Below, piece after piece: positions 38,797 to 48,848 of a stretch of 64,000 nt of DNA; positions within the stretch are counted from its first letter, which is position 1, and every line of letters starts with the position of its first letter. Made by a program: the position numbers and the translations under genes. This DNA comes from Anaerolineales bacterium. GTDB taxonomy: Bacteria; Chloroflexota; Anaerolineae; Anaerolineales; Villigracilaceae. The notes under the pieces are model-generated. The model had not been told where the DNA came from. It ran no database searches and was given only the letters and a program-made list of their open reading frames with translations. The DNA lies in NCBI GenBank assembly GCA_043788255.1, contig JAYVUA010000080.1:7488-71487 (forward strand), written 5' to 3'.

Positions 38797-39707
38797 TCGG
38801 TTTATTGGTAATGGCATACGGCGGACCGAACACGATTGACGAAGTCGAACCCTATCTACTGGATGTGCGCGGGTATCGTCCCACCTCACCAGAGATTATT
38901 CATGAAGTGCGTGAGCGTTACCGTGAAATTGGCGGACGCTCCCCGATTCTGGAACAGACGCAGGCGCAAGCCTCCGCGCTTGAAGTTGCATTGAATAGGA
39001 ATGGACAGGAATTTAAAGCCTTCGTCGGAATGCGTCACTGGCATCCGTATATCAAAGATACGCTCGCAGAAATGCAAGCACAAGATATCACGCGCACTGT
39101 CGGATTGGTCATGGCGCCGCATTATTCACGCATGAGCATCGAAGCTTATTTCAAAAAAATCGGTGAGGCTGGGTCGTCCATCGAAGTTGCGCCCATTAAT
39201 GAATGGTATCTATTACCTGGTTATTTGGATACGCTTGTCGGCCGTGTGCATGCCGCGCTGGAACGCTTTCCCGCTGATGTGCGTTCGCAAGTCCCTGTGA
39301 TTTTCAGCGCGCACAGTTTGCCTGAACGAATCCTGACCTGGAACGACCCTTATCCCAATCAACTGCGCGCCACCGTAGAGGCGGTCATGCAAAGACTGGG
39401 TGACCAGCCTCATGAATTCGCTTTTCAGTCTGCGGCTATCTCAAATGAACCCTGGCTCGGACCCGATGTCTCGGAGTCAATAAAACGCTACACCGCGCAG
39501 GGGCAGAAAAATATCATCAGTTGCCCAATTGGATTCATTTGCGAACATGTTGAAGTGTTATATGACATTGATATTGTCTATCAAAAATTAGCCAGGTCAT
39601 TAGGTGTGCGTCTGGAACGAATTGAGATGGTGCATACCGCGCCGCAAATGGTGGCGGGGCTGGCTGAACTTATCCGCGCAACTGCAAAGGAAGCAAACTG
39701 GTTATGA
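38793..39707 (+). CDS. hemH: (Copro)porphyrin ferrochelatase
   Basis: MAYGGP, GGRSP, GMRHWHP, FSAHSLP, GFICEHVEVLYDID. Confidence 0.95.
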   Translation: MIGLLVMAYGGPNTIDEVEPYLLDVRGYRPTSPEIIHEVRERYREIGGRSPILEQTQAQASALEVALNRNGQEFKAFVGMRHWHPYIKDTLAEMQAQDITRTVGLVMAPHYSRMSIEAYFKKIGEAGSSIEVAPINEWYLLPGYLDTLVGRVHAALERFPADVRSQVPVIFSAHSLPERILTWNDPYPNQLRATVEAVMQRLGDQPHEFAFQSAAISNEPWLGPDVSESIKRYTAQGQKNIISCPIGFICEHVEVLYDIDIVYQKLARSLGVRLERIEMVHTAPQMVAGLAELIRATAKEANWL

Positions 39708-41137
39708 ATAAAATCGTCATCATCGGCGGCGGTATCGCAGGACTTTCTGCCGCATATTACGCAACAAAGAAAGCGCCTGGCGCACAGATCACGCTACTCG
39801 AATCGGATTCGCGCTGGGGCGGCAAGATCATCACTGATCGCGCCACTTTTGAGGATGGACAATTTATCATCGAAGGCGGCCCCGATACTTTTCTGGCGAC
39901 GAAACCGTATGCCACTGCGCTTTGTAAAGAACTTGGTCTCAGCGAACGTTTGCATAGCACAAATCCCAATCAAAAAAATACGTACGTTCTTCACCGCAAC
40001 AAACTTGAGCCTTTGCCCGATGGCCTTGCCATGATGATTCCCACCAACATGCAGGCGATTCTCAAGTCGCATCTTGTCTCGTGGTTTGGCAAAGCGCGTA
40101 TGGGACTTGATTTCATCCAACCTGCAAAAAATGTCAACGGCGACGAATCTCTCGGCGCCTTTGTCAGTCGTCGGTTGGGGCGTGAAGCGTATGAAAATCT
40201 GATCGAGCCGCTCATGTCTGGCATCTATGCGGGCGATGGCGATCAACTTTCCCTCGCGTCCACGTTTCCATATCTGCGTGATCTTGAAATCAAATATGGT
40301 TCGCTGGCACGCGGCGCGCTCCAAATGCGGGCGCAGTCCAACGGCAAAGCCGTGCAAGGTTCGCGCTCTGCATTTCTCACACCTACTACGGGTCTTGCAG
40401 AGATTGTCCAGGCATTGGTCGAAAGTCTAAAGTCAAAAGTCGATTTACGCCTCGACACATCTGTCTCTCGAATATCCAATATCGATTCTCGTTATCTTTT
40501 GGAATTGGAAGATGGTTCAAGCCTCGAATCTGATTCTGTCATCCTGGCCACGCCTGCGTTTGTCAGCGCAACCCTGCTCGCTTCATTCGCCCCGATGCTT
40601 GCTTCTGATCTACAAAGAATTCCCTACGCCTCAACAGCTACTGTCTCCCTCGCCTACCGACAAAGTGACCTACCCCGAAAACTGGATGGTTATGGTTATG
40701 TCATCCCGCGCCGCGCAGGACGCAAGGCCCTCGCCTGCACATGGACCTCGACAAAATTTCCGCACCGTGCTCCTGAAGGATATGCTCTTGTTCGTGTTTT
40801 CGTTGGTCGTGCGGGGCAGGATATTCCTTGGAATGAAAATGATCTGCTCGCATTGGCAAAGGAAGAATTAAATCTCACACTTGGTATATCCGCTGAACCG
40901 ATTCTCTCACGCGTCTTCATGTGGGATAAAGCCATGCCGCAATACAATCTCGGTCATCCTGAAATTCTTAAACGCATCGATGCCGAGTTGGAGAATTTCT
41001 CTGGTCTCGCATTGGCAGGTAATGGCTATCGCGGAATTGGCATTCCTGACTGCATTCATTCGGGTGAGTTGGCTGTGGAACGTGTTCTCACGTTTGCACG
41101 TTCAAACATTGAAACGCTCCAAGCTGCGAACCTGTAA
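39704..41137 (+). CDS. hemG: Proto/coproporphyrinogen oxidase (HemY/CgoX)
   Basis: GGGIAGLSAA, EGGPDTF, GIYAGD, GIGIPDCI. Confidence 0.95.
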   Translation: MNKIVIIGGGIAGLSAAYYATKKAPGAQITLLESDSRWGGKIITDRATFEDGQFIIEGGPDTFLATKPYATALCKELGLSERLHSTNPNQKNTYVLHRNKLEPLPDGLAMMIPTNMQAILKSHLVSWFGKARMGLDFIQPAKNVNGDESLGAFVSRRLGREAYENLIEPLMSGIYAGDGDQLSLASTFPYLRDLEIKYGSLARGALQMRAQSNGKAVQGSRSAFLTPTTGLAEIVQALVESLKSKVDLRLDTSVSRISNIDSRYLLELEDGSSLESDSVILATPAFVSATLLASFAPMLASDLQRIPYASTATVSLAYRQSDLPRKLDGYGYVIPRRAGRKALACTWTSTKFPHRAPEGYALVRVFVGRAGQDIPWNENDLLALAKEELNLTLGISAEPILSRVFMWDKAMPQYNLGHPEILKRIDAELENFSGLALAGNGYRGIGIPDCIHSGELAVERVLTFARSNIETLQAANL

Positions 41138-41158
41138 ATATTTTTCTCGGAGTCAATC

Positions 41159-42442
41159 ATGAACATCAACAAATCCATCTCTCTCTTTCAAGAAGCACAA
41201 ACTATATTTCCTGGCGGTGTGAATTCACCTGTGCGCGCTTTTCGCGCAGTGGGCGGACAACCGCTTTTCATCGAGCGGGGTGAGGGAGCCTATCTCATTG
41301 ATGTAGATGGCAATCGTTTCATTGATTATGTTTTGTCGTGGGGTCCTCTCATCTCAGGCCATGCTCATCCAAAGGTTATTGAAGCCATTCAGCAGGCGGC
41401 ACTCAAAGGCACATCGTATGGCGCGCCAAGTCCGCTGGAGATCGATCTCGCCAGAAGCATCATGGAGTTTTTGCCCAAAATTGAGATGATTCGCTTCGTC
41501 AACTCAGGGACAGAAGCAACCATGTCTGCACTGAGGCTGGCGCGTGCTTATACCAAACGCGACAAGATCATCAAATTCGATGGCTGTTATCACGGTCATG
41601 CAGATATGTTACTTGTGCAGGCTGGTTCAGGCGTGGCAACATTAGGCTTGCCCGATTCTCCTGGCGTCCCCGCCACAGTTGCGGCTGATACTTTGGTTGC
41701 AAATTTCAATAACCTTGATTCTGTCGAAGCGTTATTCAAAAAATACCCCGATCAGATCGCGGGCATCATTGTGGAACCTGTGGCAGGGAATATGGGAGTT
41801 GTACTACCTGTGCAAGGATTCCTTGAAGGCCTACGTAAGCTGACGACTGAGTATGGCGCAGTATTGATCTTCGATGAAGTGATGACTGGCTTTCGTGTCC
41901 ATCGCGGCGGCGCACAAACACTTTACAACATCAAGCCAGATTTAACAACCTTGGGCAAAGTCATCGGCGGTGGATTGCCTGTCGGTGCGTATGGTGGCAA
42001 AAAGGAAATCATGCAAATGGTGGCGCCTGTCGGTCCGATGTATCAGGCGGGGACATTGTCAGGGAATCCGCTAGCAATGAGCGCGGGCATTGCGGCACTG
42101 AGTCTGATTCGGGGCGATGAAGTTTGGAGAAAATTAGAGCAGGCTGCGGCTAAGTTGGAAGCGGGTGTTTTATCTGCGGCACAACATGTGGGAGTTTCCA
42201 TTCAACAAACGAGGGTCGGCACGATGTTCACTACCTTCTTTAGCGAAACAAGGCCTGTAGATTGGAACACAGTCAAAGTGGCGGATAAAATCCGCTTTGG
42301 AAAATTTTTCCAAAAGATGCTGGAGAATGGAGTTTATCTTGCGCCTTCGCAATTTGAAGCGGGATTTATTTCGACGATGCATACGGATGATGTGATTGAA
42401 AAAACGATTGCGGCTGTAACGGAGGCTTTTCGAACATGGTAA
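41159..42442 (+). CDS. hemL: Glutamate-1-semialdehyde 2,1-aminomutase
   Basis: GGVNSPVRAF, NSGTEATMSALRLAR, FDEVMTGFR, GKVIGGG. Confidence 0.97.
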   Translation: MNINKSISLFQEAQTIFPGGVNSPVRAFRAVGGQPLFIERGEGAYLIDVDGNRFIDYVLSWGPLISGHAHPKVIEAIQQAALKGTSYGAPSPLEIDLARSIMEFLPKIEMIRFVNSGTEATMSALRLARAYTKRDKIIKFDGCYHGHADMLLVQAGSGVATLGLPDSPGVPATVAADTLVANFNNLDSVEALFKKYPDQIAGIIVEPVAGNMGVVLPVQGFLEGLRKLTTEYGAVLIFDEVMTGFRVHRGGAQTLYNIKPDLTTLGKVIGGGLPVGAYGGKKEIMQMVAPVGPMYQAGTLSGNPLAMSAGIAALSLIRGDEVWRKLEQAAAKLEAGVLSAAQHVGVSIQQTRVGTMFTTFFSETRPVDWNTVKVADKIRFGKFFQKMLENGVYLAPSQFEAGFISTMHTDDVIEKTIAAVTEAFRTW

Positions 42443-42864
42443 CTGAAGAAAAAACTACAGATATGGTTTTAGCGCGTTATCGTTTGGGTACTGTGATGAT
42501 CTGGCTGGGTGTACTGACATGGCTGCCATTTATTGTGTTGCGCATTGCTGGAGAGAAACCTTCGTTGTTTTGGTTTTTGCCAATTCATCTTGTTGGCGTT
42601 GTCGGCGGGTCACGTCTGCACGCGTATGCCCGCAAGGAGATAGGCGCGCGCCCACCCAAAAAGGGCCGACTGCGTGTGATTGGTCATGGATTGATTTATA
42701 TCGGAATTTTGGTCTGGGCACCATACTTTTACTTGAAGTTAACTACACAGGCAGCGGTGGATGTGATGAATTTTCTACCGTATCACCTAACTGGTGTATT
42801 GGGCGGTATCACGCTATTGGTAATAAATTTTTTGATTTCCCGAAAAAATGATGTGAAAGCTTGA
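42436..42864 (+). CDS. Four-TM membrane protein with internal duplication (W-x-P...FLP-x-HL-x-GV-x-GG twice)
   Basis: Overlaps the hemL stop; WLPF...FLPIHLVGVVGG and WAPY...FLPYHLTGVLGG. Confidence 0.8.
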   Translation: MVTEEKTTDMVLARYRLGTVMIWLGVLTWLPFIVLRIAGEKPSLFWFLPIHLVGVVGGSRLHAYARKEIGARPPKKGRLRVIGHGLIYIGILVWAPYFYLKLTTQAAVDVMNFLPYHLTGVLGGITLLVINFLISRKNDVKA

Positions 42865-43072
42865 AGTTTTTTACGCAAAATGGCAAGTTTTTGAATTTAT
42901 TACGATAGCGGGTTCGCCACATACTGGATCAGGGTAATCCTTAGGCATTCTTCATATTGGAAGGGATGGTGCACAATATAGATATAGGTGAATATATTCT
43001 GTTAAGAGGGCGGTAAAAGCGCATAAGAGTCAATCCTGACATAATCAAGGAATTCCTTATATCTTTCGCAGA

Positions 43073-43119
43073 GGAATGAAAACAGTTGCGAATATAATAT
43101 TCGGAACTGTTTTCATTCC
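43073..43119. repeat. Long near-perfect palindrome, followed by a second hairpin to ~43165
   Basis: ggaatgaaaacagtt...aactgttttcattcc with inner cgaatat/atattcg. Confidence 0.8.
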
Positions 43120-43454
43120 GGGAAATAATGGTATAGTGTAGGAATTACCATTTAATTTCCGGGGGAAATACTCCCCGATAAATGGATTTATTCAGAAATG
43201 CTTTCAGAATCACTCTTTTCTTTTTTGAACAGCAGGAGAAATATGTCTGATTGTGTGTATCCCTGCCCCCAAGGATTCATATCCCCTTTTGTGAGAAAAT
43301 ACACCGTGTTACTCTAGGAATTTAAAATTGCCATAGCCTAGTCTTCTTCGTAATTTAAGTGATGGCTTAGCTGAAACCAAAGAAACGCTTTTTAACTAGT
43401 ACAGGTAAAATTACTTACTTCGCTGTTTCGCTGTGCAAATTCTTCGTGTGAGGT

Positions 43455-44951
43455 ATGCATATGACAGAAGCAACTTGGGGCATGCAGTTTAATGAATATC
43501 CAAATTACCAACGCGTCGGTAAAGGGCAAAAGCCAGAGGGGTGCCCGGAATGGCTTGAATCACATCAAACCCACAAATGGGAAGAACAAGGGCTGATTAT
43601 CTGGAATAATATAGATAGAAAAATAGAGTCCCTACGTGGAACTGAATCACTGGGGTTATTAAGCAAATTGAAATCGCAAGATGCATGGAAATCCGATGGT
43701 GTATCTGTTACACGTTTGGTTCATCGAATCGAGATAAACCTGCCATCCAGTAAGAAACGAAAGAAGGGCGAGCCAGAACTAGACGTTGAAAAGCCTAAAA
43801 GTGAAGCTGTTTACGAAGAAATCATACATTTACCATCCGAGGCCGGCTATGAATTGATTGAGCTTCTGGAGTCCAAAAAACAACTTGTTTTCCAGATGGC
43901 AGAGCAAGAGAAAAAACAGATTCAAGAGGCGATGAGACAATTCTGGGACAGCGTATTTGAGCTCTCCCACAAAAAGGAGATGAATGAATTTGATTTCAAG
44001 GCCAGATCCTTTGAATGGCAAAGTGATGATGCTTCTCGCATGATATGTCACTATCAGACAGCCGAAGGGAGGATTTGGCTAGCCAAGGACAAGCTTTTCT
44101 GGAACACCTGCGTCAAACGAGAAGTCCATGTGGGGAATTCACACCAGTTTATGAAGTTTTCTGAAGCAGTTGATTGGGTGGAAAAGGCAATCGTTGAACT
44201 TGCAAACGAACCAGATTTAAAGAAGGAAGGGCGAATTCTGACCGATGAAGAGATCAAAGCAAACCGTATCCGCTTAAAAGAGAAACACATAAATGGACCC
44301 TATTGGCTCGATCCTGCTCGAATGGAACCGCAACGAGTTACTTACAAGGTCTTAATCGATCTGGATGCTAAACCTGTTTCCCACAAAAGTTTTGAGACAA
44401 TTTGCGGTGACATCCATGAATACGCTGATCGTTACCCAACTCCACTCAAGCTCGCAGCTGATATAAATCTTGATGCCAGTAATTTCCAGATTGACCAGCC
44501 AATCGGAGATAACTCAGAGTTTTATCGATTCACTTCACTGACAAATTATTTTCAAGAAGCATCTGCGGCAGAGCAGGCGCAGAAAGCTTGGAATCAAAGT
44601 CGGATATTGCAACAGTTCAAAACAGGGAAAATCGCTCGTGGACAATTTGGATATCAGGAAGTCGAGACAGGTTTCATTATCTTGCTAGGAGTATGTGGAG
44701 AGACTGATCATGTATGGCATGAGGAGAAAAATCGGGTTGAATTCATGGAATGGAAAGCATTGCGAGAATCACTGAGTTTTGCTCTGGATATAAATGATTA
44801 CCGTGATTTCCTTGGTGTATCTACGGAATTAATTGAAGACGAACGGCTATTGGAATTCATGCACCAAACTAGGAGTAACTCAAAGTTTATTCCGGATCAG
44901 ACAAGAAGAGAAAGCCGGGTTTGGCTGGCACAGCATAAGCCGCTGGATTGA
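43455..44951 (+). CDS. Hypothetical protein (498 aa)
   Basis: Long ORF; gagg RBS; no motif recognised. Confidence 0.85.
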   Translation: MHMTEATWGMQFNEYPNYQRVGKGQKPEGCPEWLESHQTHKWEEQGLIIWNNIDRKIESLRGTESLGLLSKLKSQDAWKSDGVSVTRLVHRIEINLPSSKKRKKGEPELDVEKPKSEAVYEEIIHLPSEAGYELIELLESKKQLVFQMAEQEKKQIQEAMRQFWDSVFELSHKKEMNEFDFKARSFEWQSDDASRMICHYQTAEGRIWLAKDKLFWNTCVKREVHVGNSHQFMKFSEAVDWVEKAIVELANEPDLKKEGRILTDEEIKANRIRLKEKHINGPYWLDPARMEPQRVTYKVLIDLDAKPVSHKSFETICGDIHEYADRYPTPLKLAADINLDASNFQIDQPIGDNSEFYRFTSLTNYFQEASAAEQAQKAWNQSRILQQFKTGKIARGQFGYQEVETGFIILLGVCGETDHVWHEEKNRVEFMEWKALRESLSFALDINDYRDFLGVSTELIEDERLLEFMHQTRSNSKFIPDQTRRESRVWLAQHKPLD

Positions 44952-45131
44952 TAACTTACTGTCAACTAGGGCGTAATATCTGCCGTGCCTGGGACAACTC
45001 CTTCCTTGACGACAGGGCAGTAATACCAGAGTACCAAACCTCCTAAAATTTGGCTTGTTGAAGGTCAGATTGCAGACATTGATATGCCATCGTCAATTTT
45101 CTGTCTCATAACCGCAATCGGATCTGTCCGG

Positions 45132-45252
45132 CGGGGTACATATCTGGTATACGGGTATAAGTTTAGGCCCGCCCGATATATGCCCACCATATAGAGAACA
45201 AAACATCAATAATGGACAAACGCCCCTAGCTATAGCGGCGTTTTCTTTTGGG
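45132..45252 (+). repeat. ~120-bp direct repeat, copy 1 (ends in terminator-like hairpin)
   Basis: About 9 mismatches in the first 101 nt versus 53472-53572. Confidence 0.9.
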
Positions 45253-45333
45253 TTCCGATAGACAATCATACCGCTTTTTAGTTATCATACAGCCCCAATA
45301 CGGGTTTCCCTCGGCGTAGAAATGACGGGTACG

Positions 45334-45383
45334 TTGACTTCCACTTGAAAAAAAGGTACAATCTGTCCAGTCTGTCTAGACTG
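45334..45383 (+). promoter_or_regulatory. Sigma70 promoter and TA operator
   Basis: TTGACT-N17-TACAAT (45334-45362); inverted repeat CAGTCT-N4-AGACTG (45368-45383). Confidence 0.75.
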
Positions 45384-45395
45384 AAAGGAGAAAAT

Positions 45396-45644
45396 ATGAA
45401 TGAAACGTGGCAAATCCAGGATGCGAAAAATAAATTGAGTGAGGTGATCGCACGCGCCTTAGCGCAAGGTCCTCAATTGATCACGAAACACGGCGAAAAA
45501 ACCGTGGTGGTTATTTCATATGCAGAATACGAAAACCTGCGTAAATCTCAAGGGAAACTCTCCGAGTTTTTTCAGACATCTCCCTTGGCTGGACTTGAAC
45601 TCCTTCGAGACAAGTCCCTGCCACGCAAGGGGCTCGAATTATGA
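45396..45644 (+). CDS. Phd/YefM-family antitoxin
   Basis: WQIQDAKNKLSEVIARA...PQLITKHG. Confidence 0.92.
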   Translation: MNETWQIQDAKNKLSEVIARALAQGPQLITKHGEKTVVVISYAEYENLRKSQGKLSEFFQTSPLAGLELLRDKSLPRKGLEL

Positions 45645-46060
45645 AATATCTGCTTGATACGTGCGTCATCTCGGAACTTGTTGCCAAGCATCCGAATCTG
45701 AAAGTTGTAGACTTTATCGATTCACTAGACTCTGATGATGTTTTCTTGAGCGTGATCACGATTGGAGAAATTGCCAAAGGCGTTGAAAAATTGACTAAAT
45801 CGAAGCGAAAACAGGAATTACATTCCTGGCTCAAGGAAAATCTATTAGTGCGTTTTGATGGAAGGATCATCCCATTAGATACAGAGGTCTTGATGGAATG
45901 GGGGATTCTGATTGCGCGCCTGGAATCAAAAGGAATAACTTTACCTGCAATAGATTCACTTATTGCTGCAACAACATTGACGCAAAAGTTGACACTGGTC
46001 ACCCGAAACGTGGATGATTTCAGCGGAACCGGTATTGAAATCGTAAATCCTTGGGAGTAA
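45641..46060 (+). CDS. vapC: PIN-domain toxin
   Basis: YLLDTCVISE, ITIGEI, DSLIAAT, LVTRNVDDF. Confidence 0.93.
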   Translation: MKYLLDTCVISELVAKHPNLKVVDFIDSLDSDDVFLSVITIGEIAKGVEKLTKSKRKQELHSWLKENLLVRFDGRIIPLDTEVLMEWGILIARLESKGITLPAIDSLIAATTLTQKLTLVTRNVDDFSGTGIEIVNPWE

Positions 46061-46105
46061 ACGACACGTCTCGCAACTGTTATTCATGTTTACCAACAGA
46101 GAGCT

Positions 46106-48106
46106 ATGAGTAAAAATTTCTCCCCCCGTTTTGATCCGATCAACCTACCGCGACGCCTGCGCGAAGGATTACAAGAAGCTGACGATCTTTTAGAGCGAGG
46201 CAAGCCACAGCAAGCCTTGGAACTGTTAAGCGAACTGGATAAAAGTTTTCCCCGCCAGTTGGATGTTCTGGGCTTGATGGCAAATGCCAACCTGGACATG
46301 GATAACCAGCACGGCTATCTACATGCCATCCATAAGTTGCATGAACTAACACCCAATCGAGCGGAAGTGAAACTGGGGTTGGCTGGCGCTTATCTTTCGA
46401 ATGGCTATCCGGCGCTCGCGCTGCAAACATTCCACCAGTTTTTGAAACGCTGGTCTCACGATGAGCGCGCGTCCGACGTGCAGAAAACCATTCTGCAACT
46501 GGAAAATGCGCTGAGGGAACTCCTCCACGATATTGGCGATTCTTTAGAAACAGGATTTGAGTTTGCCTGCCAGCACGAAGGAGTACGCTTGCTTATGGAA
46601 TCGGGAAACTACACCCGTTGCAGGCAATTGGCAAAAAAGCTACTCCAGCAACGACCAGATTTTGTTCCCATTCTCAATAATCTCAGCCAGGTTGACTGGC
46701 TCGAAGACGACTTGCCAGGGGCAATTGAAACGAGCCGCAAAGTTCTTGAAATAGACCCGCAGAATATTCATGCGCTTTCCAATCTGACCCGTTATCTTTT
46801 TATGCAAGGCAAGAAGGACGAGGCTTGGGAATTTGCAAAACAGCTGAAAGATTCCAGCGCGGACGCGGCAGAACGCTGGGTCAAGGTGGGCGAGGCGCTC
46901 AGTTTTATCGGAGATGATGACGGACTATTGAGTCTTTTCAATCAAGCAAAAAACGCCAAGGAACTTGATCAATGGAACGAAAATCTATGGCATTGGTGCG
47001 CGGCTGCTGAATATCGAAAGGGAAATATTTCCACGGCCCGCAAACACTGGCAAGCATGTTTGAAACTTGCCCCTTATTTTTCTCTTGCCAGTAAAAACCT
47101 GGAGGAGTTGAAAAAGCCTCAACACGAACGCACCTGTCCGCAGATATTCCCGTTGGAGATGTGGATTACCAGAAAAATGCTAGAATCTTTGATGTCTGCA
47201 ACAACGCGGGCGGCAAATCAAAAGAATGACGCCGTCTTTCGTACGAAGATCGCTGAAAATATCGGACGTCATCCTGAGCTGATTCATTTTGTTCCTGCCG
47301 CGCTTGCAAACGGCGATGAACAATGCAAGGAGTTTGCCATCAACCTCGCGGATATGTCCGCCCATCCAGCAATTCTTGATTCTTTGAAAGAGTTTTCTCT
47401 TGGGCAAGACGGGCCTGATTCGCTGCGGATGGAAGCGGCGCAACTCCTCACGAAATATGGAATATTCAAGTCAGGCGAAACGATTGATCTGTGGATTGAA
47501 GGCGCATCCAGACCTCTGATGATGTTGGGTTTTCAAATCTCGTATGACGCCCAGGATCGCCCGAAACTGAAACCTGCCGCGCAGCGTCTGATGGAGCAGG
47601 CGATTTACGCGCTGCGGAAAGAAGACGGCGCGAAAGCTGAAATCCACCTGCGCAAAGCGCTCGAAATCCAAAAGGATGAACCGGGTTTGTTCAACAATCT
47701 GGCGGTTTCCCTGAGTATGCAGGGAAAACATGACGAAGCAAGCGCAATTGCCGACGAAATTCCCACCCGTTTCCCGGATTATTTTTTCGGGCAGGTTATT
47801 ACTGTCAGGAAAGCGATTCAAGCAAGCGATCTGGATACAGCCCAAACTATCCTGGATAAAATGATGCAAAAGCAAGAATTACATGTTACCGAGTTTGGCG
47901 CATTATGCGGCTGTCAAATTGATTACATGATCGAAAATGATAAACCTGAAGGCGCGGTCTCATGGTTTGAAATGTGGGAGCAGGGATATCCCGACGATCC
48001 CTCGTTGAAAAATTATGAGCACAAGGTCGCCATGATTGATGTCTTTGCAAAACTCAAAGCCGGGTTTCCCAAATCGCGAGGCAAAAGCAAGAAGCGCGTG
48101 AATTGA
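46106..48106 (+). CDS. Tetratricopeptide-repeat protein
   Basis: Multiple TPR-like helical repeats (LLQQRPDFVPILNNL, LEIDPQNIHAL, LEIQKDEPGLFNNL). Confidence 0.85.
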   Translation: MSKNFSPRFDPINLPRRLREGLQEADDLLERGKPQQALELLSELDKSFPRQLDVLGLMANANLDMDNQHGYLHAIHKLHELTPNRAEVKLGLAGAYLSNGYPALALQTFHQFLKRWSHDERASDVQKTILQLENALRELLHDIGDSLETGFEFACQHEGVRLLMESGNYTRCRQLAKKLLQQRPDFVPILNNLSQVDWLEDDLPGAIETSRKVLEIDPQNIHALSNLTRYLFMQGKKDEAWEFAKQLKDSSADAAERWVKVGEALSFIGDDDGLLSLFNQAKNAKELDQWNENLWHWCAAAEYRKGNISTARKHWQACLKLAPYFSLASKNLEELKKPQHERTCPQIFPLEMWITRKMLESLMSATTRAANQKNDAVFRTKIAENIGRHPELIHFVPAALANGDEQCKEFAINLADMSAHPAILDSLKEFSLGQDGPDSLRMEAAQLLTKYGIFKSGETIDLWIEGASRPLMMLGFQISYDAQDRPKLKPAAQRLMEQAIYALRKEDGAKAEIHLRKALEIQKDEPGLFNNLAVSLSMQGKHDEASAIADEIPTRFPDYFFGQVITVRKAIQASDLDTAQTILDKMMQKQELHVTEFGALCGCQIDYMIENDKPEGAVSWFEMWEQGYPDDPSLKNYEHKVAMIDVFAKLKAGFPKSRGKSKKRVN

Positions 48107-48244
48107 TATTGGTATAGCGCATCAGCATCGATCTGCAATTGGCGAATTTGTTTACTATTTCCATTTCCAAAATGATAAAAGATTATCCAAGTCCAACAGA
48201 GTAAAAAAAAACTACAATACGATCGAGAGCTCTCCAGCGCGGCA

Positions 48245-48270
48245 TATATCATGTATATGGGTATAAATTT
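48245..48270 (+). repeat. Partial third copy of the 120-bp repeat
   Basis: tatatcatgtatatgggtataaattt versus tatatcatgtatacgggtataagttt (24/26). Confidence 0.65.
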
Positions 48271-48356
48271 CGCAGGCGGGACGTAGGCGTCACGTAGGCG
48301 GCAAGATGTATCGCTTTTAGGATATTTTTCGACTAAAAACTGATTGGAAATCCGGC

Positions 48357-48402
48357 TTAAATCAAAAGCGGTGGAGATTTGTCTCTGCCGCTTTTGATTT
48401 AA
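48357..48402. terminator. Strong hairpin
   Basis: ttaaatcaaaagcgg / ccgcttttgatttaa. Confidence 0.7.
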
Positions 48403-48426
48403 GTACTTTACCAATTTTCAGCTTCG

Positions 48427-48804
48427 GACATTTACATTAAAGTACCGGGAGTAGCTTATGAAAAGTTAAGCGGGAATAAGATGAGCGAAACAAGCAACGT
48501 GATCCGTCAACGAGTACAAGCCGCGCGGGAAATTCAACGAATTCGATTCTCGAGCAACGGATCATCTGACATTATTTGCAACGCCGACATGCGCATCGGA
48601 GAGATCAGGCAATTTTGTCACTTGCAGGCCAAGGGTCAGAGTTTGATGCGGGCGGCGATGAGTCAGCTAAATTTATCAACCCGTGCCTATCACCGTATCC
48701 TAAAGCTATCGCGCACGATTGTAGATTTAGCGGAAAGAGAAGAGATCCAATCTCTGCATTTGGCAGAGGCGCTGCAGTATAGACCGAAGATTATGATGGG
48801 GTAA
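48427..48804 (+). pseudogene. comM: 3' fragment of ComM/YifB Mg-chelatase-like ATPase
   Basis: DIYIKVPGVAYEKLSG...IRQRVQAAREIQ..RF...RAYHRILKLSRTIVDL...HLAEALQYRPK; the N-terminal ~75% is absent. Confidence 0.85.
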
Positions 48805-48817
48805 AGCAAGCAATCTC

Positions 48818-48842
48818 ACCTGATTTATAAATCAGGTATAAT
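48818..48842 (+). promoter_or_regulatory. Perfect 20-bp palindrome (operator) abutting a TATAAT -10
   Basis: acctgatttataaatcaggt at 48818-48837; TATAAT at 48837-48842. Confidence 0.7.
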
Positions 48843-48848
48843 ACGAAC

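Noticed and set aside
45132-45160. GGGTATA tracts as CsoR copper operators
   Set aside because: They lack the ATACC...GGTAT inverted arrangement and are far from the copper genes.
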